64,000 nt of DNA, taken from Eledone cirrhosa. Its lineage: Eukaryota. The notes beneath the pieces were generated by a model that was not told where the DNA came from, did no database searches, and was given only the letters and a program-made list of their open reading frames with translations. The DNA is taken from positions 22,754,001 to 22,818,000 of the forward strand of contig OZ024756.1 in NCBI GenBank assembly GCA_964016885.1. Reading direction: 5' to 3'. Below are positions 13,041-26,803 of this stretch, piece after piece. Position 1 is the first letter of the stretch, and every line of letters starts with the position of its first letter. Both the position numbers and the translations under genes were made by a program.

Positions 13041-13341
13041 GAAAAAAAGTTCCTATTCTCTCATCGTAGCAAGAAGTTCTCGACCAGTGAGACCAATGTC
13101 CCTTGCCAACAGAGTCCTGTTGGTTATATTTGGTCGTCCCACTCGGCACTTTGCATCTGGTGATTGAAGAATCAGGTTTCGCTGCAGATTCATCATGACA
13201 GGAAGCACGACCAACAAGAATGTATAAGACAGTTAAACTGCGTATACATATTATACATACATACACACATACATATAAACGCGCATTCTTATAAACACGC
13301 ATACATACCGGTATACAAACATACATACATACATACATACA

Positions 13342-13766
13342 TACAACCGGCCTGATATTGTAGTTTGGGACCACACATTGAAAACGTGTTCTGTTGTGGA
13401 GATCAGCTGCCCACTTGATGTAAACGTTGTCAGAAAAATACAGGAGAAGGAGGACATCTACGGACCATTGATGAGGAGTTTACAAATCCAGTATCCAAGA
13501 TACACCTTTAGCTTCATACCCATCATTATTGGTGCTACGGGTTATATACCAACCCGCTTGGACCAAAGTATGACTGAACTTGGATTTGCGGACAAAAAGC
13601 GCAGCTCCCTAATTCATAGTCTACAAATGGCTGCGATAGCTGGCACCTTCAAAATTTGCAAAACATTCTTGCGATTCAAGGGATGACAATTTCTTTTCTT
13701 TTACAACCTTGCCACCAGGAAGGTGGCCGGTCAAAAAATATACTCAAAATTAAGAGAAAGAGAAAA
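13342..13766 (+). mobile_element. 5'-truncated R4/Dong-like non-LTR retrotransposon (restriction-like endonuclease C-terminus + 3' UTR) in (CATA)n
   Basis: Open frame 13342-13686: YNRPDIVVWD...CSVVEISCP...EKEDIYGPL...IPIIIGATG = RPD/(D/E)...K RLE signature; extra 3'-end stubs at 13878-13891 and 13907-13960. Confidence 0.8.
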
Positions 13767-14420
13767 CATACATACATAGATAGATACATACATACATACA
13801 TACATACATACATACATACATACATACATACATACATACATACATACATACATACATACATACATACATACATACGTAGGAAGGTGGCCGGTATACATAC
13901 ATACATACCAGGAAGGTGGCCGGTCAAAAAAATATACTCGAAATTAAGAGAAAGAGAAAACATATACATACATAAATGCGTACTTACATACATATATACA
14001 TACATATAAACACGTACTTACATACATATATACATACATATAAACACGCATTCATACATACAAATATACGTACATAAATACATATATAGATACATAAAGA
14101 CAAACAGACAGAAACATTTACGAACGTATTTTAAGATTAAAGACGACTGATAATTACAAGGATTAGAACGAAAGAGGATGTATATAATTCAGTTTATTTA
14201 ACAAATAGCAAAGATGTCGGAAAATGTTCATATATTTAATAAATACAGCGTTTAATCTTATTAATTAGGTCAGGATTGATCTGAATCAGAAGCTGATAAC
14301 AGTTAAGTTATAGTATGTCTACGTGGTGAAATACAGCTACAGTGTATACTCACAATGTCACCAGTGTCAATACGACGTTATGAAATATTATATATATATA
14401 TATATATATGTGTGTGTGAA

Positions 14421-14640
14421 GGCGTGTGGCTGAGTGGTTAGAGAATTGGATTCACAATCTTGAGGTTGTGAGTTCGATTCCTGGACCGGGCGATGCGTTA
14501 TGTCCTTGAGCAAGACACTTTATTTCACGTTGCTCCTTCTACCTGGAGTTGCGACCGATAGATAGTATTAGCAACTGGAAAGACCGACGGAAACATTGTT
14601 TCCTCGGTCCGATTTGACGAAAGTCGATCGATTAAAATAT
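14421..14640 (+). mobile_element. tRNA-derived SINE family 2
   Basis: A box TGGCTGAGTGG, B box GAGTTCGATTCC, then TGTCCTTGAGCAAGACACTT; relatives at 31140-31428 (-) and 51627-51900 (+). Confidence 0.8.
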
Positions 14641-14672
14641 AAAAAAAATATATATATATATATATATATATA

Positions 14673-15978
<1,306 letters not shown>

Positions 15979-16534
15979 CGTGTGTGCGTGCGTGCATATA
16001 ATGATATACCAATAACAAGTATATTCATATATCGAATTTGGTGAAATTAATTAATTAATTCCAAGCATTCAAGGAATGGATGTATATTCTGACGTCTTGT
16101 CTGTAACTCGGAAAGTCCTCAGACGGTCAGTCGGTGATATAATGCATACCAGATAATTATTAATAGCAGTGATGACAATGATCCTGCTGATAGAATTATG
16201 AGTGGGAATAGAATTGCAAATATATCGTTGAAGGTAAAATTGAAGAAATAAAATTAAATTACATTAAGTTAAATTTAAATTAATTTAAATAAATTTAAAT
16301 TAATTCTTTAAAAATATTGGTCCTTATGAGTAGTTCACTGTTCGATTCCAAATGGAATATAATATGATTATATACAATAAGATTATATATGAAAATATAG
16401 AAAATTAAAGTGTAGTTTAATGGTAAATGTAACATTTTCTAGTATGTCTGTCCCTATGTGGTTATTATAATTCAAGAGAACTATATCGAAATTCAGGCAG
16501 TGAATAAATTTCAGGGTTGTGGAATATATATATA

Positions 16535-16623
<89 letters not shown>

Positions 16624-16770
16624 GTGTGTGTGCGTGTGTGTATTTGTGTTTTGTGTGTTGATTGCTTATTTTTCAAGAAGCACACTCCAACAAGTATCTC
16701 AGGATATAAACTGTATGTTTATTTATAAAGTAATATAACCAAATAGCTTTATATATATATATATATATAT

Positions 16771-16947
16771 TAGAAAGTGAGGTTTTTTACAAAATGAAAA
16801 ATAACCGAGGTGTCCTACACGAGTGAAAGTATAAAGAAAAAAAGATGAAATCGAAAATTCAACTGGAGTCTTATTTTTTTTAAATATATATATATATTTT
16901 AAATAAGACTCCAGTTGCATTTTCGATTTCATCTTTTTTTCTTTATA
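16771..16947. mobile_element. PLE-like family A, short fold-back copy lacking the ribozyme
   Basis: Same TAGAAAGTGAGG terminus as 26379, 45014 and 57907; turns back at an internal TATATA. Confidence 0.7.
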
Positions 16948-16979
16948 TTTATATATATATATACATATATATATATTTA

Positions 16980-17380
16980 TAGTATAAAAAAACAAAAAAT
17001 CAGTGATGCATCTGGACTTAGTTTACTGCGTGTTACAATTGTTTCGCCGACAGATAGCTCGAGACATGATCACTGTATGGATCTGGCTGATTCTACGGCG
17101 GCAGGTTCCTTCGGACACATGCAATTCGTTCGGAGCAAATTTTCTCAAGAGAGTGTGAATAGTATAAACAAACGAAAATCAGTGTTACATCTGGACTCAG
17201 TTTATTGCGTGTTACAATTGTTTCGCTGGCAGGTAGCTCGACACATGATCACTGTATGGATCTGGCTGATACTACGGCTGCAGGTTCCTTTGGACACAGG
17301 CAACTCGTTCGGAGCAAATTTTCTCACTGAGTCCAGATGCAACACTGATTTTTCGTTTTTTTTATACTATTCACACTCTG
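16980..17380 (-). mobile_element. Family F: two tandem ~180-bp copies plus short inverted copy
   Basis: AAAATCAGTG..CATCTGGACT at ~16997 and ~17175, reverse complement at ~17325-17378; minus GAAA-CAATTG-TA in both units. Confidence 0.65.
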
Positions 17381-17451
17381 CTCTGTACGAATATTGAGTG
17401 CTAATTTTGGCATACCGCCTATGGAAGGACCATATCTACCATTATACACAC

Positions 17452-17505
<54 letters not shown>

Positions 17506-17872
17506 CTGATCTACAGAGACATATTTGCAATGTTTGCTTGAAACATAATTGTGCATACAATAATGTATGTGTATAGCTGAATGTACTATATATGTATATA
17601 TCAATGTGTTTTTATATAAGTACGTATAAGCGGGCAGACGTATAAATATATGTGTGTGAATGGGTGCCAGGGTGTGCGAGCGAGTATATATACATAGTTA
17701 TATATATATATGTATGTAATGTAGACACACACACATTATATATGTTTGTCAACAATTTTGTTGGTTTCATCAACAGCATTATTGAATATAGCCATAAACG
17801 CGCACTTGTCATTCAATATCTGAACATATATGCATTAGTGGGGAGGGTGACTGCATATATATATAGAGAGAG

Positions 17873-17962
<90 letters not shown>

Positions 17963-18053
17963 AAGAGAGATTGAGAGGTGAACATAGATCCATAAATACA
18001 TATTCATCAGATATCTCAAGTGTAGTATTCCATATGTGTATATATATTAATAT

Positions 18054-18084
<31 letters not shown>

Positions 18085-18101
18085 CAGAGAGCGAGCGAGC
18101 G

Positions 18102-18154
<53 letters not shown>

Positions 18155-18579
18155 CATACACACGTACTAATCGCATATTTTCAAGTGAAGAATTATCAAT
18201 TCATGTATGTATAGTTCGTTGCAGGATTATACACACACACACACACAGACACAAACACACACACACATTGACACACACACACACACACGTGTGTGTGATG
18301 TGTATTGGAATTGGCGGTGAATAACAACGCAAATATCCTCAAGAGGCAAGATATTTAGAAATACCTGAAGAAACAGGTAGATACCTAGTGTATGCTATTA
18401 TCATCCTATTAAATTGACAAACATTTACACATATATACACACCTAATTAGACACGATCATCCAGGAATATATAGACCCGCACAACATACACCCAAACACT
18501 CACTCTCATACTCATGTATATATATATATATGTGTGTGTGTGCGTGTGCGTGTGTGTGTATGGTGTATATATATATGTG

Positions 18580-18960
18580 TAATATAGATATATATATAAT
18601 ACATGTATGTATATATAAATTAATATATATGCACGCCTATATATATGTATATATAATATACATATATATATATTATATATGCATATCTATATAGTATAGA
18701 TATGTATGTATATATAAATTAATATATATGCATGTCTATATATATTTATATATAATATACATATATATATATTATATATGCATAGCTATATAGTATAGAT
18801 ATGTATCTTTATATAAATTAATATATATGCATGTCTATATATATGTATATATAATATACATATATATATATATTATATATGCATATTTATATAATATATA
18901 TGCATATTTATATAATATATATGCATATTTATATATAATATATATGCATATTTATATATA
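18580..18960. repeat. TA-rich ~110-bp tandem repeat
   Basis: TATATAAATTAATATATATGCA recurs three times, followed by shorter ATATGCATATTT units. Confidence 0.75.
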
Positions 18961-19396
18961 TTTATATATATAATATATATATATATATAATATATATATA
19001 TGTGTGTGTGCATGTGTGTTTGTCTGTATGGGTGTATTTGTGTGCGTTTGCTTTGAATTGAATAAATGATTATATTCTGGTTTTATCTTTCATAGAGATA
19101 TATTTCCTTTCGGTTTATTTGCTATTTCGCAATTTTCTTTTACATATTTTAATAATGAATTCTTTGCAGTTTTTTTCTTAACTGTCAGGTTTGAAAACAA
19201 CATCTCCAGCCCTTCGTACTCTTAACTTCAGTATGAAATTATGTTGACGTGTGTTGCTACGTTTATAGCAGAAAAGGCCAACGTAACTGTGGTAGATATA
19301 TGTTGTATTAAACAAGTGTATATTTCTGTTTGTGAATAATTGATGTTTTCTTATAGTCTCATTGTGCTGCGTTATGAGAATTGTTTACCTGATTAA

Positions 19397-19445
<49 letters not shown>

Positions 19446-19733
19446 TATGTCTATAATAGAACAACCACTATTATAGACACCATATATATTTCCGTGGGTA
19501 CTTAGTACCTCCTGGATTATCTATACCATTTATCTGAATTCTCCTTAATGTTGAGAAAAAAACGTTGTATCATGCTGCTATTTGTAGTAGCATGAAATAT
19601 GAACGAGTCTATTATTCCCGCTTTTTCTAACGGCCCATTTATGTGGTGGTCATTTTAACGGCTTGATTCATTCACCGGGCAGAAAGCGATACATCTACAT
19701 CTACGTGAATTTATATCTAGTAGGTTTGGAAAA

Positions 19734-19813
19734 GCCATCTGAAGAGCTATATCTTTCCATTGGAAATTCACTGAATTTCCAATCTTTTGATTAGCGAAAC
19801 CGTCGGTCATGGC
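19734..19813 (+). ncRNA. Intact type I hammerhead ribozyme motif (predicted cleavage after C19808)
   Basis: GCCAT CTGAAGA GCTA ...ATTGGAAATTC-ACT-GAATTTCCAAT... TAGC GAAA CCGTCGG TC ATGGC: perfect stem I, closed helix II, helix III ACC/GGT, GUC triplet. Confidence 0.85.
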
Positions 19814-19894
19814 ATTAGAAGAGGTAAATATTTAAATGGTATTTTAATTTATTTAAAAAATTGTTTAATGTTTACTTGTTCCGCCATATATACT

Positions 19895-19992
<98 letters not shown>

Positions 19993-20105
19993 TACATATA
20001 TATATATTCATACATATATATATATATATATACATATATATATACATATATATATATTCATATATATATATACATATATATATACATATATATATATTCA
20101 TATAC

Positions 20106-20160
<55 letters not shown>

Positions 20161-20223
20161 TATGTATATATATATTCATATAAAGATCAGAGCAAACAAC
20201 ACGGACACTCTATCTCAAAATTA

Positions 20224-20260
20224 TTTTTGAAAAGCATTTAGAAATGCGCAACCGGTAAAA
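20224..20260 (+). ncRNA. U3-A8 hammerhead motif, one core mutation (GCAA)
   Basis: TTT TTGAAAA GCATT TAGA AATGC GCAA CCGG TA AAA. Confidence 0.55.
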
Positions 20261-20748
20261 ACTTAAAAACTTAAAACCACAACTGAATACTAACCCATAC
20301 AATCACTAATACTCTTTTATTCCTAATTAAACCATTTTTCAACTGTGAACAATTTGTCAGCATTTTCTATTCCGTTTACCAATATATTCATATATATATT
20401 CATATATATATATATATACATTTATATATATGCATATATATATATGCATATATATATTCATACATATATATATATATACATATATATATTCATACATATA
20501 TATATACATATATATATATATATACATACATATATATATATATACACACATAGATATATATATATATATACATAGATATATACATATATATATATACATA
20601 TATACATACATATATAAATATGCATACAAACATATATGTATATATATTCATATATACATATATGTACATATATATTCATATATGCATATATATACGTACA
20701 TATATTTATACATGGGTCATGTAAGGAACGCTTTTTAGATTTTTATGC

Positions 20749-20779
20749 CCTTGAGAAGCCCAATCCGGCAAAATGTAGG
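20749..20779 (+). ncRNA. U3-A8 minimal hammerhead, decayed at two likely CpG sites
   Basis: CC TTGAGAA GCC CAATCC GGC AAAA TG TA GG (inferred ancestor GGC GAAA CG TA). Confidence 0.45.
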
Positions 20780-20837
20780 TAGGTGGTGTTTTAAATAAAC
20801 ATGTTTTAACGGCTTGACCTTTATATACTTCTCCACG

Positions 20838-20952
<115 letters not shown>

Positions 20953-20999
20953 ATATGCATATATATATGCATATACATATATGTACATACATACATATG

Positions 21000-21030
<31 letters not shown>

Positions 21031-21038
<8 letters not shown>

Positions 21039-21260
21039 TAAAATAACAGATTAAAGTTTAAGTAAAGAATCGCTGCCTTCACCCTTAATGGGATCTTTCA
21101 GAAGATCACGTTAAGGGTGAAAGTAGCGATTTTTGCTTAAACTTTAATCTGTTATTTTAATAAATATTTGCTCTACGGTTCTTATTAATTTGATATATAT
21201 TTATCCTTATCTAGCCCTCTTTGGATTTTAGTCTTCAAATTTATTATTATTACTATATAC
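21031..21260. mobile_element. Fold-back element family E (hairpin 21031-21167 plus tail)
   Basis: TTTATTAAAATAACAGATTAAAGTTTAAG / CTTAAACTTTAATCTGTTATTTTAATAAA; tail TTATCGAGCCCTCTTTGGATTTTAGTCTT also at ~7990 and ~43130; partial copy at 15365-15452. Confidence 0.65.
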
Positions 21261-21599
21261 ATTATATATATATACTGTGGAGAATTCTGTAGAGTATTAT
21301 TATGTTGAATAGTAAGGTTTTACTATCATGTATTTATTGTGTGGTCTTACAGTTTTTCGTTGATGTCAGGAGATGTCAGGTGCGAGAGAGTGTCATATTT
21401 CTATGGCAAAGCTAGCCGTTGCCGTCGTGAAGTTTACAACTTTCACATTTACAATCGAATTTATTAATCACATTAATACTTTTTTCTTTTGCTTACAGAC
21501 ACTCATACATGCATTACATCCATATAACATATACAAACACACACATACACACACATGCACACACATGCACACACACACACGTACATATATATATACATA

Positions 21600-21905
21600 C
21601 CGATGGCTGCAACTCGTTTTCGAGTAATGCAATCGCCTGATACTTAAGCATGAGCATCACGGATGTAGTTTTATAGTCCTGCTAGTGACTTGCCTATGAC
21701 CAACAATACCATGCATCGCAAGCAATGTCACATATCAGGCGATCACTGTGCTTGATGCTTTTTTAGAGCGAGGAAAGTCTTTGCACGGGGCCAAGTCCAC
21801 TCTCTGAATATCAAATGCATTTACCCAAAAGTAATAACTGATCTACATCATTGGATGAAAATGAAGTCGCCCCTTTTATATCAGAGTGACCTTCTCCTAG
21901 AGACA
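21600..21905 (+). mobile_element. Dispersed repeat family H (possibly a LINE 5' UTR)
   Basis: GACTTGCCTATGAC, CACGGGGCCAAGTCCA, ATCAG.GTGACCTTCTCCTAGAG shared with 26800-27290 and, more diverged, 59160-59580 and 49580-49945. Confidence 0.55.
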
Positions 21906-22307
21906 TACATACATACACAGAAATCCATCCTCAGGTTAACCAATGCCTTATGATTGAAATTTGTTAGACGTGTATATATTTACTTGGCATTTGAGGAAAA
22001 TACATCTACCAGACATGAACCTATAATTTGGGGCACATATGATCGACTATATCCCTATAAAGTGGTGCCCCAGCATCGCTGCTTGCTAATCAGTAAAAAC
22101 TAAAAAGTTTATATATATATATAAGAAAGTAAGGGTATTTTCAATTCCGTACGGGTAAAAATACAGAGAAATAAGTTGAAAATGCAAGTGGAATCTTTAA
22201 GAAGACTTTAACGGTTTCACAGTTTGATGATTTTCAAATGAAAAGTGCGATGGAGAGTTATGTGGCTATCTAGTTGCATTTTCGACTTCTTTGTCGTCTC
22301 TCTCTCT

Positions 22308-22414
<107 letters not shown>

Positions 22415-22586
22415 TATATGTATAACCAGGTCTGTATTTTTGGTTTATATAAAGGTCGGTGTTCTACATTTTAATTTTACCTCTTAATTATGTAAATTCT
22501 CCACCTTATATCATTCACTATAGTGGTTCTCTCACCCTTGTAAATGAAAACATAACCTCTTTTTGTGTTTTATTCTCTATATACTG

Positions 22587-22725
<139 letters not shown>

Positions 22726-23054
22726 TAGGGGTTATGCATTATTGCTATTTTATACACATATATTAAATAATAATAACTCGAAATTAGCTCCATCATCAGA
22801 AACAAATAGACGCGCAATGCACCATTCATGAAAGAAGAATATTTTATGTTTGTAATGCAGCTGCATTTTATGTATCATGGAATTCACATCATAGGCATTT
22901 AATGATGCTACACGTTAGGTCATTAATTGAACTTGAAAGGTAGCAGATATTTTACCTGAATAACATCAAAACATGAGGCATTTACTGAATTATACACTAA
23001 CTTCCATGTATGAAATGTGGATATATATATATATATATATATATATATCCAAAA

Positions 23055-23170
23055 TTTCTGAAGAAGTGACAACTGATTATACATTTGCTATCGAATACTT
23101 GCTAACATTATATGATTACGCAAGCAGCGATACATAGGTATTCCGTCTGTTACAGAAACATATGTCAATA
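23055..23170 (+). ncRNA. Type I hammerhead motif with long helix II
   Basis: CTGAAGA 23058-64; GTGACA/TGTTAC, TATCG/CGATA and CTTGC/GCAAG helices; GAAA 23155-58; A-CATATG-T palindrome; GUC triplet; stem I only ~2 bp (5' end abuts (TA)n). Confidence 0.6.
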
Positions 23171-23326
23171 CCTAATAAATTCCTTTTTTAACAAAAGCAC
23201 TTTCATTTTATATTCATCCTTTCTACATTTTCTCCGGAATATAATTTATACCCGTTGAGCAAACCTGCACGTACGCTGTTCATCTCTAACGTAACGATAT
23301 ATTATCACTACATTATTGATAACCTG

Positions 23327-23379
<53 letters not shown>

Positions 23380-23389
23380 AGGAAAGGCA

Positions 23390-24248
23390 ATGTTAACCTC
23401 GACGGGATTTGAACTCAGACCATAAAGGGCCGTAACTCTTTGCTACAAAGCATGTCGTCCGACGTATATAATTGTTTCTACGTTAGGCACAAGGCCAGTA
23501 ATTACCCAGTGCATTACTGGTACTTTATTTTATCGACCCCGTAAGGATGAAAGGTCAAAGTTAACCTTGGCGGGATTTGAACTCAGAATGGCAAGGGCCG
23601 TAACTCTCTGCGTCAAAGCATGGCGTCCGACCCTCTACCGATACTGCCAATCCACCGTCCGACGTATATAATGTTTAATAGTCATACTCTCAATGAAGAT
23701 ACGAGCTGGCTACGTCATCAACAGATTCGGCGAGCCGCTGCTACGAATACATAATCTAATGCAGCGGCGTGCAACAGGCGGCCCGCGCACCACAACCCGA
23801 TCCGCATTTAATGATGCTACACGTTAGGTCATTAACTGAACTTGAAGGGCAGCAGATATTTTACCTGAATAACATCAAAACATGAGCCATTTACTGAATT
23901 ATACACTAACTTCCATCTATATAATGTGGATATATATATATAATTGTTTCTACTTTTGGCACAAGGCCAGCAAATATCCAGTACATTACTGATACTTTAT
24001 TGTATCGACCCCGTAAGGATGAAAGGCAAAGTTAACCTTGGCGGGATTTGAACTCAGACCGTAAAGGACTGTAACTCTATGCTGCAAAGCATGGTGTCCG
24101 ACTCTCTACTGATACTGCCAATCCACCGCCCTCAATAATAATAATAATAATTGTTTCTACTTTTGGCACAAGGCCAGCAATTACTCAGTACATTACTGGT
24201 ACTTTATTGTATCGACCCCGTAAGGATGAAAGGCAAAGTTAACCTTGG
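23390..24248 (-). mobile_element. Cluster of four SINE family 1 copies (23390-23462, 23473-23656, 23942-24131, 24150-24248)
   Basis: Reverse-complement cores; TSD CGTCCGACGTATATAAT at 23456-23472 and 23656-23672. Confidence 0.85.
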
Positions 24249-24844
24249 GATATATATGATGTATTATAGTCATACTCTCAATCAACGAAGGAGCTGGCTA
24301 TGTGATCGACAGATTCCGTGAACCACTGCTCCGAATACATAATCTAATGCAGGCGCATGCAACAGGCAGCCCGCGGGCCATACCCGTCTCGCCAGACCAG
24401 TCAGAGTAGCCCGCAATGACCATTTTTAATTTTTACCTAACCTTGTAGGCTTATGTAGAATTATTTTCGTAACCGTAATACAGTTTTCTATTTAGAATAT
24501 TAGTGTAATGACTTTGTGATTGTGGTTACGTATTTGTGTGTGTCTTTGTCATTGTATGTATGTGTATGTGGGAGTAGATGTAGTGTATGACCTTAATGTT
24601 TCTTTTGTTTAAAACCTCTCCAATACACCAATACTCTTCGATATAACTTCGAAGGAATAAATAATAAGGTTTATAAAAGAAAAAGAGAGGTTATATGTCT
24701 TAATCCATATGGTGAGCAAATGGGATCCCTAGTTGACATTTGCCTTCTGAATTATTGGGAAGTTGACATAAATTGTCTTCTGTCTCCTGCTTTCTCACCT
24801 CTAATTGGTCTTTGAGGGACGTTAGAAGCATTCGGTGATTTACA

Positions 24845-25165
24845 GCATGGGCTTGCAACAGGCGGCTCCACGGACCACGATCTGGCCCTCCAGACCAGTC
24901 AGAGTGGCCCATGATGACCGTTATTAATGTTTACCTTATACGCTTATTTAGAATTTCTTTCGTAACCGTAATACAATTTTCTGTTAGTTGACCTATACTA
25001 AATGGTGTCACTGATAAGGGTATGTGTGTTATAATTTCCCAGTTCTATGTTATGGAAAGAAGTTGTGGTGAATCTTTGCAATAGGGCTTAATAAATATTA
25101 ATGGCTCTAATAGTTGTTCCAATGTTTAAAAGTGGCACGCCAATGGAATTTTTTGTACACCCCTG
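24845..25165 (-). mobile_element. hAT-type MITE, inverted copy of 53950-54272
   Basis: Colinear reverse-complement match over ~320 bp; CAGGGGTG terminus; partial related ends at 23760-23800 and 24349-24500. Confidence 0.75.
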
Positions 25166-25392
25166 ATATAATCAGGGGTGTACAACAAATTCCATTGGCG
25201 TGCCACTTTAACATCATTTGGTCATTGCATGAGAGTATCTTGGTCAGACGACCGTCGTTAGAATTCGTGGAGGCTTGGTTGCTATTTCTAGCTGGTCTAG
25301 TGATCACGTCCAGGCATTCAATATTTTCAAGGTTTCTAGCTTGTTCTTATTTCATGAAGTAGATTGAACTTAATAAGATCGATAGCCCATTG

Positions 25393-25540
25393 CTCCACTA
25401 CCACCACCATCAATACAACCACCACCACCACCACCGACATCACCATCGCCATCATCACCAATACCACCACCACCATCATCATCATCATAGTCACCGACAC
25501 CACCACCACCACCAATATAACCACCACCCCCACTATCAAT
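25393..25540. repeat. Degenerate (CAC/CAT)n trinucleotide repeat
   Basis: Source of the poly-His/Thr/Val ORFs; similar tract at 48820-48940. Confidence 0.9.
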
Positions 25541-25603
25541 ACAACAAGAAAGCTTGTGTCCTTCTCCTTGTACTAATATTAGAAATCATTAATGTATCTC
25601 AAT

Positions 25604-25790
25604 CGGTGGATTGGCAGTATCGGTAGAGGGTCGGACGCCATGCTTTCCAACATAGTTACGTCCCTTTACGATCTGAGTTCAAATCCCGCCGAGGTTGACT
25701 TTGCCTTTCATCCTTACGGGGTCGATAAAATAAAGTACCAGTAATGCACTGGATAATTGCTGGCCTTGTGCCTAAAGTAGAAACAATTAA
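25604..25790 (+). mobile_element. SINE family 1 with 18-bp TSD
   Basis: ATTAATGTATCTCAATCG at 25588-25605 and 25786-25803. Confidence 0.9.
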
Positions 25791-26300
25791 TGTATCTCAA
25801 TCGATGTAATTGATTATATAGCTCCCTTTGGATTCCATTGCCAAGAAGGAATATATATAGGAAATTATTGGCTTCCTGCTTCAACAATTCCCCGTGGTGA
25901 TACATAGTGATATAAGAATAATGAAATACGAAGTGGTTTAACTTACATGTGTTTCTAAATCTCTCATTCTCTTCTCTCTACGTGTATATCTCTTGTTTAA
26001 AAAACAGAATTACTATTCTGCACTCATACAACAAAACATTTTCCCAGTGATTTGGCTAATTTGATGTTGCATATTATATATATATATATATATATGTATG
26101 TAAGTATGTATGTATGTATGTAAAAGGTAAACAGAAATAACACAATCGGTACAGCATTTGGAAGGAATATATTAGGTTAACGCAAATATATGTGTGTGTA
26201 TGTGTGTGTATAATACATTAACATAACAGAAGGCCAGACTGTTGTATCATAGTTTATCAACCTGAACCATCGGTTCTACCACAGCCTAACATTAATGATA

Positions 26301-26384
<84 letters not shown>

Positions 26385-26516
26385 GTGAGGTTTTTTTTTA
26401 CAAAATGAAAAATAACCGAGGTGTCCTACACGAGTGAAAGTATAAAGAAAAAGAGATGAAATTGAAAATGCAACTGAAGTCTTATTTTTTTTTTAAATAT
26501 ATATATTTATTTGGTT

Positions 26517-26554
26517 CCTTTACCGGTTTCGCAGTTCTTCTGCTTTTCAAAAGG
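26517..26554 (-). ncRNA. Minimal hammerhead, U3-A8 variant
   Basis: Minus: CCTT TTGAAAA GCAG AAGAA CTGC GAAA CCGG TA AAGG. Confidence 0.75.
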
Positions 26555-26629
26555 TGAGTTGAGATGGAGGGTCTGTGGTTTTTCTCACATCAGATGTGAG
26601 AAAAACCACAGACCCTCCATCTCAACTCA

Positions 26630-26667
26630 CCTTTTGAAAAGCAGAAGAACTGCGAAACCGGTAAAGG
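26630..26667 (+). ncRNA. Minimal hammerhead, U3-A8 variant
   Basis: CCTT TTGAAAA GCAG AAGAA CTGC GAAA CCGG TA AAGG; stems I and II perfect, helix III palindrome ACCGGT, GUA triplet. Confidence 0.75.
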
Positions 26668-26736
26668 AACCAAATAAATATATATATTTTAAAAAAAAAT
26701 AAGACTTCAGTTGCATTTTCGATTTCATCTCTTTTT

Positions 26737-26803
<67 letters not shown>

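Larger units (their letters stand above)
26379..26743. mobile_element. PLE-like family A fold-back element with two U3-A8 hammerheads
   Basis: Palindrome centred at 26592 with ~150-bp arms plus a ~60-bp unpaired terminus; (TA)n on both sides. Confidence 0.8.
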
